This document shows positions 49,086 to 60,544 of a DNA stretch of 64,000 nt, in pieces. The notes under the pieces are model-generated. The model saw nothing but the letters and a program-made list of their open reading frames with translations, made no database searches and was not told where the DNA came from. Origin of the DNA: Heteronotia binoei (taxonomy: Eukaryota); NCBI RefSeq assembly GCF_032191835.1, contig NC_083237.1:10354001-10418000 (forward strand). Reading direction: 5' to 3'. How positions within the stretch are numbered: the stretch's first letter is position 1; every line of letters begins with the position of its first letter. The translations under genes and the position numbers were made by a program.

Positions 49086-50535
49086 TGTCCTAAAGGGTAG
49101 CTGGTAAGTTTACAGCTCGTCTGCTGCAGGTAATGGGAGCTTTCAGAAAGAGGTACCCTTGAAAAACTGGTAAGGCATGCTCACAACTTTACTTCTGCTG
49201 AAAACCCAGAAGTGACGTTTCAGCCACCTATGACACTCTAGGACTTCCCTAAATTTCTGCAGTTAAAAACCATAGAGCATCACATAATGCAGGGGTGGCC
49301 AATGGTAGCTCTCCAGATGTTTTTTGCCTACAACTCCCATCAGCCCCAGCCATCAGCCATGCTGGCTGGGGCTGATGGGAGTTGTAGACAAAAACATCTG
49401 GAGGGCTACCGTTCGCTACCCATGACATAGCGGCTTTTGCTAAAAGTGACATCATGACATATGTGACTCTGATCCTCCTCCCCCATTTTATTCCTGCAGC
49501 CTAGAGGAACACAGCAGCAGTGTGGCAGCAAAAGGATGCCCATCAGCACCTCGAGGTTGACAGCCAAGTAGGTGGGGCATAAGCACATATTAAACACTTG
49601 AGATGAGCATGTACAGCCAGCTTATAAGAAGAACATTTTTGTTGGCCCATGGGCTAAGGCCAGGGCTGGCCCTGCTACTAGGCAAAATAGGCAATTGCCT
49701 AGGACTCCGTTCTTCTGAGGGCTCTGAATTGACGCCCCCATGTGACTCAGTGACAGCATCAGTGCAGTCCAGAAGTTAGCTTTGCCTGGGGTACCAAACA
49801 GTCTAGGGCTGGCTCTGGTTAAAGCTTCTGCCCAACCAGTCAGTAGCATCTTGTGCCTCGTTTGCAATGACAGAGGTTATCGCGATGACGTTTCAGAGTC
49901 AATTAGAGCACTAAAATGGATTTTATATCTAAAAAAGAAAGAAAGAAAACAACGTTGCTATATAATTAGTCAATACATTTGGTGTTAAAAAGTAAGACAC
50001 ATAATTACTTGCTCGCGACCTTAATTAGTTTCCTTAATTGTCATGAGACAAATCCATGAAGAGTCTTGAAAGATATTTAAAATCTTTTTGTATCCTTAAG
50101 TTGTGATTTAAAAAAAATGCCATGGGGAAAATCCGGGAGTTTGTGGATGGTCCTCACAATCAAATCCTTGGAGTGGTAAAAAACAAGTCACAGAAGAAAG
50201 ACTGTCTTTAACAACAATGATCTCTAATGGTACCATGAACAACACATTAAATAAAATGCATAAGGTAATAGACTTTACTTTTACGAGTATTTTAGGATTT
50301 TTAGGAGAAGGAAGATCTTTTTATATATATTGAAGATATTTTTCGGTTTCTTTCTTTCTTATTTTCTTTTATTATTTTCCCTCTTTCACCATTGGCTAAT
50401 GTTTACTGAAGAAAATAATATGTGGGATATCAAGGTTCAATCTCTGTTCCTAATTTTATTCGGTATGTACCTTCATCGGTATTTGGGGAAAATGTTTCCA
50501 CACTGACTTCTGATTCTTTTCTATCTAATTCACTT
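49086..50535. repeat. Inverted copy of the non-coding block at 36735-38166
   Basis: Reverse-complement matches, for example 38105-38166 with 49086-49150 and 36740-36890 with 50390-50533. Confidence 0.85.
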
Positions 50536-52425
50536 GGCCACTCTGTGAAACAGCATGCTGTTCCTGATGGACTATTTATCTGTTTTGGTCATCCAGCAAT
50601 TCTTATGAAGAAGTTTCAGAAGATAACTAGTAAAAACAGATAGTTCTGAGATTTTGGGGATATAAGCTTTTGAGAATCAAAACTCCCTATGTCAGATACC
50701 AATATGAACAACTGACATTCATCTAAGCTCTAATTTGGAGTCAAGAAGAAGGATTTTTTTAATAGATGAATTGTGAACACTTTGCGTGTGTGTTGTCTTA
50801 TTTACACAAACAGTGCTCAAAATGTGAAATTTGCTGCCAGAGGATGTAGTGATAGTCATGGGAATAAACAGCTCTAAAGGGAAATTTGTTAGATTCATGG
50901 AGGATAGGTCTATCTTTTGTCCATTCTGAACCTTTCTTTTGTCCATCCTGAACCTACTGTCCATCAGCCTCATTGGAGAGATCTGCACATGAGTATAGCA
51001 GATCCCAGTCTGACATTTTAACCCCTACCCTCCAATGGTCCAAGGATACACTAAATTCTCAGGGAGAGTACTGGTATTCCAAGAGAAGGGATTTGGGTAA
51101 TAGAAAGAGGCACCAAAATGTGTGTTGGAGTGTTTGTGAAAACACAGGAGCAAAAGCTACTCAATGTGAAGAACGAAAGTAACCATGAATAATTTAAGAA
51201 CCTCTCATTAGCCTGATATATAAGAACAAACCTGTGCTTGTTTTACCTCAGTATTTTCAGCCCCTGATTTCATCCAACCTTTCACTATTATGTTAATTTT
51301 TTTGGGGGGGGGGTTGCTCTTTAAAAGCATCCCAAGTGCCATTTCCAGTGATTTTCACTTAAAGGGCGATATATAGTAGTGACAATGAGTGGGACTGCCA
51401 CTCCATGGCTGTGAAGGGAAAATAAAAATGGAGGGAAAATCTAGCCTCTGAGGAAGGTAAGTGGAAGGGGTTCATTGGTTTACTTGAAAGGACTTTGTAA
51501 AAACAGTAATGTTCAGCATGTGATACTTGAAATGCTACACACAATAGCTACGCAGACCAGTCCTGTGAAGGCATACACAGAATTCAATCCACTGACACTT
51601 CATATGAATGATGTACACCTAGGTAGTATTAAACACTTAGTTGGTAAGGTACCTAAATATGGTTGTATTCCAGTAGTTTAACTTGAATCAATAATGCTCA
51701 TTGTTGGAGTGGTTGTGTGAGTGCATGAACAAGGTTTAAGGAGAACAGAGGTGAAGAGGAGAATGTGGTTGGGAAAAACAATACACTGAACAGCCTGTGA
51801 GGACAAATTCAGATTAATACCGGCCAATAGCACTAAATGCAATTTGTAGATTTGTGTTCCATATTTTGCCCTGGCATGGATGGTCCTCGCTACCTCAGTC
51901 TCATCAGATCTCAGAAACAAAGCAGGATCCACGCAGGTATGCACTTTGATTGGAGACGATCAAAGAAGTCCAGCGTTATTACGTATAGGCAGACAATGGC
52001 AAACCACCTCTGGCCCTCTCTTGCCTTGAAAACCCTGTGAAGTCCCCAGAAATCAGCTGATACTTGATAGGACTTTACATTGCCGATTTTGCAAAATGGA
52101 GCGTCGATGTAAGCTGTGCACCTTTGTTTGAAAATTAATGAGAAAAAAGAAGAAGGAAATATGTCTCTCATGATGAAACAGCCAATAAACTCCCTGCTTA
52201 GGAGTCCTGATTCAGTGGTACATTCAGTGTTTTGCACTAAGAAGGTCTCAGGTTCAATCTCTGAAATCTCTAAGTTAAACAATTTCAAGTAGCAAGTTGC
52301 AGCAGATGATAATGAACTTGATTGGTCGGTAATCCATCTTGATGTAAGGCAGTTAATTATGTTCTTTTCCCACTTCTTCTTCCAGGGAGGTGAAGAGGGA
52401 CAGGTGCATAGGTCCTCTCTGTGAA

Positions 52426-53352
52426 ATGCTTAAGGCAAATCAATCTGCAATCACGGAGTTTATCCTTCAAGGGTTTCCAGGCTCTCCACAGTCACAGAAG
52501 TATCTGTTTGCCCCTGTTCTGTTTATGTACATCCTCACCGTAGTTGGCAACATGCTGATCATTTTCATTATTGTCCATGATCAACGTTTGCATAATCCCA
52601 TGTACTTCTTCCTGGGAAACTTCTCTTTCCTGGAGATCTGGTATGTGACCACCTTGTTACCCAAGATATTAGTTAACTTTCTGGCCAAGAGGAGGGCCAT
52701 CTGTTTCTACTGTTGCATCACCCAAGCCTTTTTCCACTTCTTACTGGGAGCCACTGAATTCTTTCTGCTAGCTGCTATGTCCTTGGATCGCTACACGGCC
52801 ATCTGCAAGCCTTTGCATTACAGCGTTATCATGAGCCGTAGGCTTTGCTTCCAGCTAGCAACGGGATCGTGGCTGGGAGGGTTTCTCACAGTCATTGTTC
52901 AGACCATCATGCTCTGCCAACTCCCATTCTGCGGTCCCAATCTGATTAACCATTTCTACTGTGATGTGACCCCAATCCTGAGCTTGGCGTGTGCTGACAC
53001 ACACCTCCTGGAACAGATTGTTTTGGTGGGATCTGCCCTGCTTCTCTTCACTTCCTTCTTATTCACCGCAATATCGTACTTCTTCATCATATTGACGATA
53101 CTGCGCATCCCTTCCTCTTCAGGACGACAGAAGGCTTTCTCGACCTGTGCTGCCCACCTTACAGTTGTATCAATACAATATGGAACTGTGATGTTTATGT
53201 ATGTGAAACCGAAGGCCAATGCCTCCCTTGAGGTGAACAAAGTGGTTGCTGTGTTGAATACGGTCATAACTCCTCTCCTCAATCCCTTTATCTACACTTT
53301 GAGGAACAAAGATGTCAAAGAAGCTTTGAAGAAAACTGCAAATATAAAATAA
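52426..53352 (+). CDS. Olfactory receptor OR-f, intact, 308 aa, family-6-like
   Basis: MLKANQS start, [46 protein letters not shown]. Pyrimidine tract and AG acceptor end at 52385. Confidence 0.95.
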   Translation: MLKANQSAITEFILQGFPGSPQSQKYLFAPVLFMYILTVVGNMLIIFIIVHDQRLHNPMYFFLGNFSFLEIWYVTTLLPKILVNFLAKRRAICFYCCITQAFFHFLLGATEFFLLAAMSLDRYTAICKPLHYSVIMSRRLCFQLATGSWLGGFLTVIVQTIMLCQLPFCGPNLINHFYCDVTPILSLACADTHLLEQIVLVGSALLLFTSFLFTAISYFFIILTILRIPSSSGRQKAFSTCAAHLTVVSIQYGTVMFMYVKPKANASLEVNKVVAVLNTVITPLLNPFIYTLRNKDVKEALKKTANIK

Positions 53353-53938
53353 ATATTTCACTTAGAGGCACTTTATAGGTGTGAAGCAACAGGAAAACGT
53401 TGTGTCTCTGTGTATCTGAAGGAGTGTGCTTGAACACAAAAGCTTATAAATGGAATAAAAATTAGAATAAAACTTAGTCTTTTTCGGTCTTAAAGGTTGG
53501 CACCTTTAAGACCAACAAAAACTAAGTTTTAGACTAATTTTTATTCAAGGTTTAAGCAAAGGATCTATCTTCCACACCAGAAAAGAATAAAGCCTCTTGA
53601 TACATTGTGGGAGACTCAAAGACAACATTGTGATCTCTTATGTTGACTGGTTCTCATGATCTATGTTACCAAGTGTGGCAGCTCTCAGAACAGTATTATC
53701 TTAGGTATCTTCTGTTCCCGAGAGTCAGTGGAGTTTGAAAACACAACTGCAAAGGCTCAAACTGAAGTCAATCAATTTGCGAGGCCATTTGGCACAACTG
53801 TTATGAGAACATCCCTTCCCACTGTAATTTATAGCTATGGACTCCCAAGGAAATGGTCAGAGGAGAGGAGAGGAGAGGGAGAGGGAGATGGAGATGGAGA
53901 TGGAGAGGGGAGGAGAGGGAGAGGACGGGAGAGGGAGA

Positions 53939-54079
53939 NNNNNNNNNNNNNNNNNNNNNNNNNNNNNNNNNNNNNNNNNNNNNNNNNNNNNNNNNNNNNN
54001 NNNNNNNNNNNNNNNNNNNNNNNNNNNNNNNNNNNNNNNNNNNNNNNNNNNNNNNNNNNNNNNNNNNNNNNNNNNNNNN
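53939..54079. other. Assembly gap
   Basis: N run next to a purine-rich simple repeat. Confidence 1.
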
Positions 54080-57000
54080 GTTTCATTAGTGCCCTCTTCA
54101 ACAATTATGCTCACATAATTTCCATTGTATGACATATTCAAAACATAAATGGTAGCATTATGGTGAAGGCGCCACAAGTTTCCCTGTGGAGTTTTGTTAG
54201 TTTGTGTCTATCAGATTGTCACATCTTTACCCCAGGGTTCTTTTCAATAGGCTTTTCCTAGCATTATATTAGTTATTTTAGGATTCTGGCAAATCTCCTA
54301 AGCTTATATTAAATGTTGTTTCGAATTGTTTTATTCCTCATTTTCTTTCTTTGCTGCTTTTTTCAATCCTCTGTATCTCTCTGGTTTATTGTTTGCAGAA
54401 CTCACATTATTGTAAGCCATCTAAAGGTGGGGTATAAATATTTCCAAATACATAAATAAATAAATGAGGTTGCCTCAACAGTGTGTAGTTCTTCCATCTA
54501 ATCACTGGCCCAGTAGGGGGTCTATTTAGAGATGGCAACTCATATGTCTCTGCAGTTGCTTCCATGTCCTTTCTAATCTGGGAAGCAACAGAAAATTAAG
54601 AAATGTGTGTCTTTCTGCTCATGGCTAAAACAGTTAGCAAGCAACATTGATGTCCAGAACTTGTGCCATTCCCAGAGCTGTGCGTTCAAACACTGAATAT
54701 ACATTTGAACATTTCAATAGGAGAAAAACACACACCTGACCACTGCTATCTTAGTCTCTTAATAAAAGCATAGCAATTTTTACAGAGGCATCCTGAAGCA
54801 TATTTTCCTATTTGTATGTTAAAGGGAGAAACTGAATATTTGCATTATGCCAATCTTTTCTTTTATGCATGCTTTTGGATTTTGCATGCTTTTGGATTTA
54901 AGTTTTACTTTTTAATGGCCACCCATAGTATGGATGCATTTATTTAGTCATTAATAGCTGCTTCCAAAGGTCTTTAACATATATGTAGCATCTGGCACAA
55001 GCTAACCCATTCTTCGGACCACTAGTCAGATTGTGGGATTTCCTGTGCAAGTTTCTAGTCCTTAAGAAATCCTACAGGCAAACATAGGTGGAGACTGGAA
55101 GCAGGTAAAAGCATGGAGAAGAGATATGACATTGAAGAATGTGGGTGTCATTTATTTAGTTATTTATTTGTTTGTTTATTTTTGCTTTACATTACTGTGT
55201 TTATTTCATTTTGTGGCCGAAAAGGATTAGACTCTCAATGGTTATCAGCCATTGTTTGAGACAGGATCCTGGAAAAGATGGATCACAGGTTTGATTCAGC
55301 AGGCTCTCCTTATGATCTCAAAGTCCTTCCCCATATCAAATACTATGAATGTCCATTGTAAGAATATCATGCTATTAAACAAGCTCTGGTATCTTAAAAG
55401 GTTCTCATGAGGCAAATTGGCCTCATGAGAACCGAGAAAGTTCTCAAATCCCACGGAGAAGAGATGAAAAGAAAATGAAGCAACAACTCAGCTGGGTGAA
55501 GTTATTCTCAGACCACCGAGAATGGATATCTGTGTTCAAGAGAGATAAAGATAGAAAGAGAAAGAAGAACAGGAGAAAATAACAGAACAAAACCATTAGG
55601 CTCAAGATGTGATTGTTTCAGCTGATGAGATAATTCCTCTGTATACCAAGAAGTTCCTGCATCCTAAGACTTCTTGTTCACAGATTGTTTGAAATTATAT
55701 TTCTTTTGACTTATTCAACATAGATAATTTCCTCCTGATTTACAAGCAATGGCAGAATGGTTGTTAAGGAAATTCAGTATTACTTTCACACCTTCCATTG
55801 CTGTTGTAGTAGAACTCACTACAGATAAATGCATAATTTAGCATCTGGTTGATGTTCTCCTCCATGGTTTCTGGAAGCTTTTAGCAAGTTCTTTTTTGCC
55901 TCACCATATAGATGTGGACTTCAAGGAAGTTTCTATTAATTTGTAGTTAGGACAACTGTCATCAAGTTAGAAGCATCACTTCCAAGGACAAGAAGCTGAT
56001 CCACCAGATCTCACAAATGACAGTCCAATGTTGGCTTCAGTAGAGATCTCCCTATGATCACATCAGTAAGATGAGCTAGTTGTTAAGCAAATTCAGTATT
56101 ACTTCTGCTCCTTCCATTGCCGATGTAGTAGAACTTACTCCTGCTAAAAGCATTGTTTAGCATCACAAATGTGGTAGAAATGTGGAAGGTTTTAGCAAGT
56201 TCCTTTTTGCTTCACCCTGTGACTGTGGACCTCCAAGAAGTTTTCTACTGATTTGCAGTTGGGACAACTGTTGTCCAGTTAGAAGCATCTCTTCCAAGGG
56301 CAAGAAGCTGATCCACCAGATCTCACAAATGACACTCCAGCTTTGGCTTCAGTAGGGATCTGCCTATGAGCACATCCGTAAGGTGAGCTAGTTCTTCCTA
56401 AACATTTATTGTGTTCAATGGGAGAGGCGGCTTCCAGTGATAGCCCGAAAGGCAAAGAACTTGACTGTGTCATGAGATACAATGTTGCTTTATCAGATAT
56501 CCAAATTGGATGGCAGGAGGGAGAGAGTCAGGGTCTAGAGGCTGAGACCTTGCTTGATGCTCCCTCCCCACTCTTGGATTCAGAGGATGAATGCCTCTGC
56601 ATGCAGAAGTTCTCTTTAGTCTCCATTGCTAGTAGGCACTGATAGAGCTATTCTCCTTGAATCTATCTAATCCAGGGAGGATAGCTCTATCAGTGGCTAC
56701 TAGCAATGGAGACTAAAGAAAGCTTCTGCGTTTAGAGGCATTTTTTTTTAGAACTATCTATGCCTTTGGCCCTTGCTATATCCTCTGGCAGTGAATTCCA
56801 TCGCAAAGAGAGCTGGTTTGGTGTAATGGTTAAGTGCATGGACTCTTGTATTGGAGAACCGGGTTTGATTCCCCACTCCTTCACCTGCACCTGCTGGAAT
56901 GGCTTTGGGTTAGCCATAGCTCTGGCAGAGGTTGTCCTTGAAAGGGCAGCTGCTGTGAGAGTCCTCTCAGCCCCATCCACCTCACAGGGTGTCTGTTGTG

Positions 57001-58225
57001 GGGGGAGAAGATAAAGGAGATTGTAAGCTGCTCTGAGTCTCTGATTCAGAGAGAAGGGCAGGGTATAAATCTGCAATTCTTCTTCTTCTTCTTAATTGCT
57101 TGCTGTGTAAAGCAGTGTTTCCCTTTCTCTTTCCTGTATCCACTGCCCATCAGCTTCACTGGATGCCCTCAAGTTCTAATATTTTGGGAGAGAATTTTAT
57201 GTTTGTCAACTCTCTTCACACCGTGCATAGTTTTATCAACCTCAATTATGTCCCCTTTTATTCTGTTGTCTCTTTTCAAGACTGAAAACTCTCAGCCACT
57301 TCACCCTTTCCTCATAGGACTGGTGCTCCATCTCCCCAAGCAGGAAAGAAAAAGAAAAAATATTCCTTTATTTCTATTATTTTATACTTTTTGCTCCCAG
57401 ACCTGTGTAAACAAACAACTTCACTAAATCAATAGTGCAGAATAATACAACCCAATAATATAAAAGATAACCAAACATCCAGAAATACTAGGTAAAAAGT
57501 ATAAAATATTCAGCAGTTAGCATCTTGCTCAAAGACATGTCACCGCAAAGTTCATGGGGGGATGGAGGGCCAGATACAAAGCAATCTTCAATGGGGCTCC
57601 AGTGTTCTAAGAGGACTGATTTTAGTGAATGGTGCATTGAACCATTATAGAATTGCATTGGTACTTGATCTCAAGCTAAGCTACTTTGCCATGTTTTTGT
57701 GAGGATAAAATAGAGGAAAGGTGAATGTTGTGTGCCGTGAAAAACTCTTCAGAAGAAGGGCAAGATAAATATGAAATAAGTAGATATAGTATTTCTTTAT
57801 TATTCAATTCAGACCTCATTCAGTTATAGGTATGCACTCAGGTTTTTTTTTTTTTTTGAGCAGGAACACACAGGAATGCAGTTCCGGCTGACTTGGTGTC
57901 AGAGGGTGTGGCCTAATATTCAAATGAGTTCCTGCTGGGCTTTTCCTACAAAAAAAGCCCTATGTGCACTTAAGAAGGCCCAAGCATCTTGTCAATTTTC
58001 CTATACCAGATTCTTTAACTCCTGCAGATTCACCAGCTTGTTCAGGATGCTCTGGTCAGGTCTCATTCAGACACAAGGAAACTAGACACCTCTGGCTTCT
58101 TAAGAGCCTAGCTATAATTAAATCAGACCTGACTGGCGTCACCTGCAACAAGTTGATCAAAGCGCTTCAAACGGATGACATCTGCAAAAGTGTATGTGCA
58201 TCACAACTGAGTTCAATCAGTTCAA

Positions 58226-58747
58226 GGGGAGGGACGGTGGCTCAGTGGTAGAACATCTGCATGGTAAGCAGAAGGTCCCAGGTTCTATCCCCGGCATCTC
58301 CAACTAAAAAGGGTCCAGGCAAATAGGTGTGAAAAACCTCAGCTTGAGATCCTGGAGAGCCGCTGCTAGTCAGGTGAGGGATGGTGGCTCAGTGGTAGAA
58401 CATCTGCTTGGTAAGCAGAAGGTCCCAGGTTCCATCCCCAGCATCCCCCAACTAAAAAGAGTCCAGGCAAATAGGTGTGAAAAACCTCAGCTTGAGACCC
58501 TGGAGAGCCACTGCCAGTCAGGTGAGGGACGGTGGCTCAGTGGTAGAGCATCTGCATGGTCAGCAGAAGGTCCCAGGTTCAATCCCCGGCATCTCCAACT
58601 AAAAAGGGTCCAGGCAGGTAGGCATGAAAAACCTCAGCTTGAGCCCCTGGAGAGCCGATGCCAGTCTGAGTAGACAAGACTGACTTGGATGGACCGAGGG
58701 TCTGATTCAGTAGAAGGCAGCTTTATATGTTCATATATATATGTTCA
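58226..58747 (+). mobile_element. tRNA-derived SINE with triplicated 5' unit of about 148 bp
   Basis: Three A-box/B-box heads (GGTGGCTCAGTGG..GGTTCAATCCCC) and one tail. A dimeric relative lies at 62260-62603; older monomers at about 3444-3624 and 11234-11402 (-). Confidence 0.85.
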
Positions 58748-59590
58748 ATCCCTCATTTAAAAAGCATCTAAACTAACTGCAACCTCACACAATTATAAAT
58801 TGTGTTAATTTATGCAAATAGAGCTGATTTCTTCCCTGTTGCAAAACTGGAATTATTTTGGTCAGAACTCGGGAGTTTTCATTTAATGTCAGGAGTGAAT
58901 ATATGTTTCCTCTTTCATTTATTTTATAGCCTCTTACATTATTTTTTTTGTCCGTCATTTTGGTTTTCCACATTTTGCCATTGGGTTTATCCAAGGTTTG
59001 TAATACATATGCTAGCTGTATCCAGGCCTCCAATTCAGGGGGAGCTCACAGGAGCACAGCTCCTGAACCTTTCTGAGAGTTCCACCTCCTCCTTCTGAGA
59101 GTTCCATCTCCTTGTCCATTGAATAGTATGTGCAGCTGCATAACAATCCCTGGATGAGCTCCACCACCTATTTTTTGACAAAACGACCCCTGGCTGTATC
59201 ATATGTATTTCTACATATGTATGTGTTTAGAAGTACATTGCAGTTATTTACACACAACATGTTATTTATTTATTTCTGAACATTGATATCCCACTCCTCC
59301 TGAAACTGAATTATGCTGACTAATTCACAAATAACTGGGAAAAACTGCATTACTTTTGCAGGAACAATTTAGTGCAGGAAAAAGAAAAAGTGCCGCAAAA
59401 AAGAAAATAGTGAAAAAGGAAATACAGGAGGCGCAAAAGAGAAACTGAGATTTTTCAAGCAATGCAGGCAGGTATCAGGAATTGCAAATTATCTCTATTT
59501 GTTCTGGAAAACTGAAGCCTCTTCATCAGAGATAACCTTCAATGGCATTATAAAGGTTCATTGTCTTTTTCTTTCTCCTCAGAACCACAA

Positions 59591-60544
59591 ATAGAGCTAG
59601 CTGCCACTAACCAATCACTGGTGAAAGAGTTTATCTTCCTATCTTTCCCCATACGCCGCGACATGCAGATAATCTCCTTTCTGGTCCTGATTCTCACATA
59701 TCTCCTCACCCTCACGGGAAATGTGGTCATCCTTTCCCTTATATGGACCAATCAAAGTCTTCACACTCCGATGTATTTCTTCCTCAGCAACTTGTCTTTC
59801 CTGGACATCCTCTTCACCACAGTGATTGCTCCCAAAATGCTCTCCAATCTTCTGGCTGAAAAGAAAACAATTTCCTTGCACGGTTGCTTTGCCCAAATTT
59901 ATTTATATTTCTTCCTGGGGACTGTGGAGTTCATCCTTCTATCTGTCATGTCTTTTGATCGTTATGTGGCCATATGCAACCCACTGAGGTACACTGTAAT
60001 AATGAATGGGCGAGTCTGCTTTTTGATGGTTTTGGGATGTTGGGTGGGAGCCTTTCTGTCAGTCTTTTGTCCTGCAGTTCTTCTCTTCAGACTTCCCTAT
60101 TGTCGGCAAACTATCAACCACTTCTTTTGTGACATTGCACCATTGTTGGATGTGGCTTGTTTTGACACCCACTTCATAGAACTCCTTAGTTTCTTCATGT
60201 CTTCCTTAGTGGTCCTCAGTTCCTTGATGCTCACGGTGGTATCTTACACTTACATCATCTCTACCATCCTCAAAATCCCTTCTGGAAAAGGGAGGCAGAA
60301 GGCCTTTTCTACTTGTGCCTCTCACATCACTGTGGTCACCATTGCTTATGGAAGTTCTATCTTCATGTATGTCCGTCCAAATCAAAGCAGCTCTCTAGCC
60401 TTTGATAAGGTCGCTGCTATCCTGACAACAGTGGTGACCCCTCTTCTGAATCCCTTTATATATAGTCTCCGGAATGAGAAAGTGAAAGAAGTTTTCAAGG
60501 AGGCACTAGAAAGGAAATTTCTTCATAAGCATGATATTGCTTGA
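59591..60544 (+). CDS. Olfactory receptor OR-g; open frame, but the expected start codon reads ATA
   Basis: [45 protein letters not shown] all intact. No ATG before the NQS site; first in-frame ATG is at 59663. Confidence 0.85.
   Translation: MELAATNQSLVKEFIFLSFPIRRDMQIISFLVLILTYLLTLTGNVVILSLIWTNQSLHTPMYFFLSNLSFLDILFTTVIAPKMLSNLLAEKKTISLHGCFAQIYLYFFLGTVEFILLSVMSFDRYVAICNPLRYTVIMNGRVCFLMVLGCWVGAFLSVFCPAVLLFRLPYCRQTINHFFCDIAPLLDVACFDTHFIELLSFFMSSLVVLSSLMLTVVSYTYIISTILKIPSGKGRQKAFSTCASHITVVTIAYGSSIFMYVRPNQSSSLAFDKVAAILTTVVTPLLNPFIYSLRNEKVKEVFKEALERKFLHKHDIA

Noticed and set aside
58226-58310. tRNA-like sequences with A and B boxes (also at 20.8, 40.5, 56.8 and 62.4 kb)
   Set aside because: They continue into repeated SINE bodies and tails; not tRNA genes.
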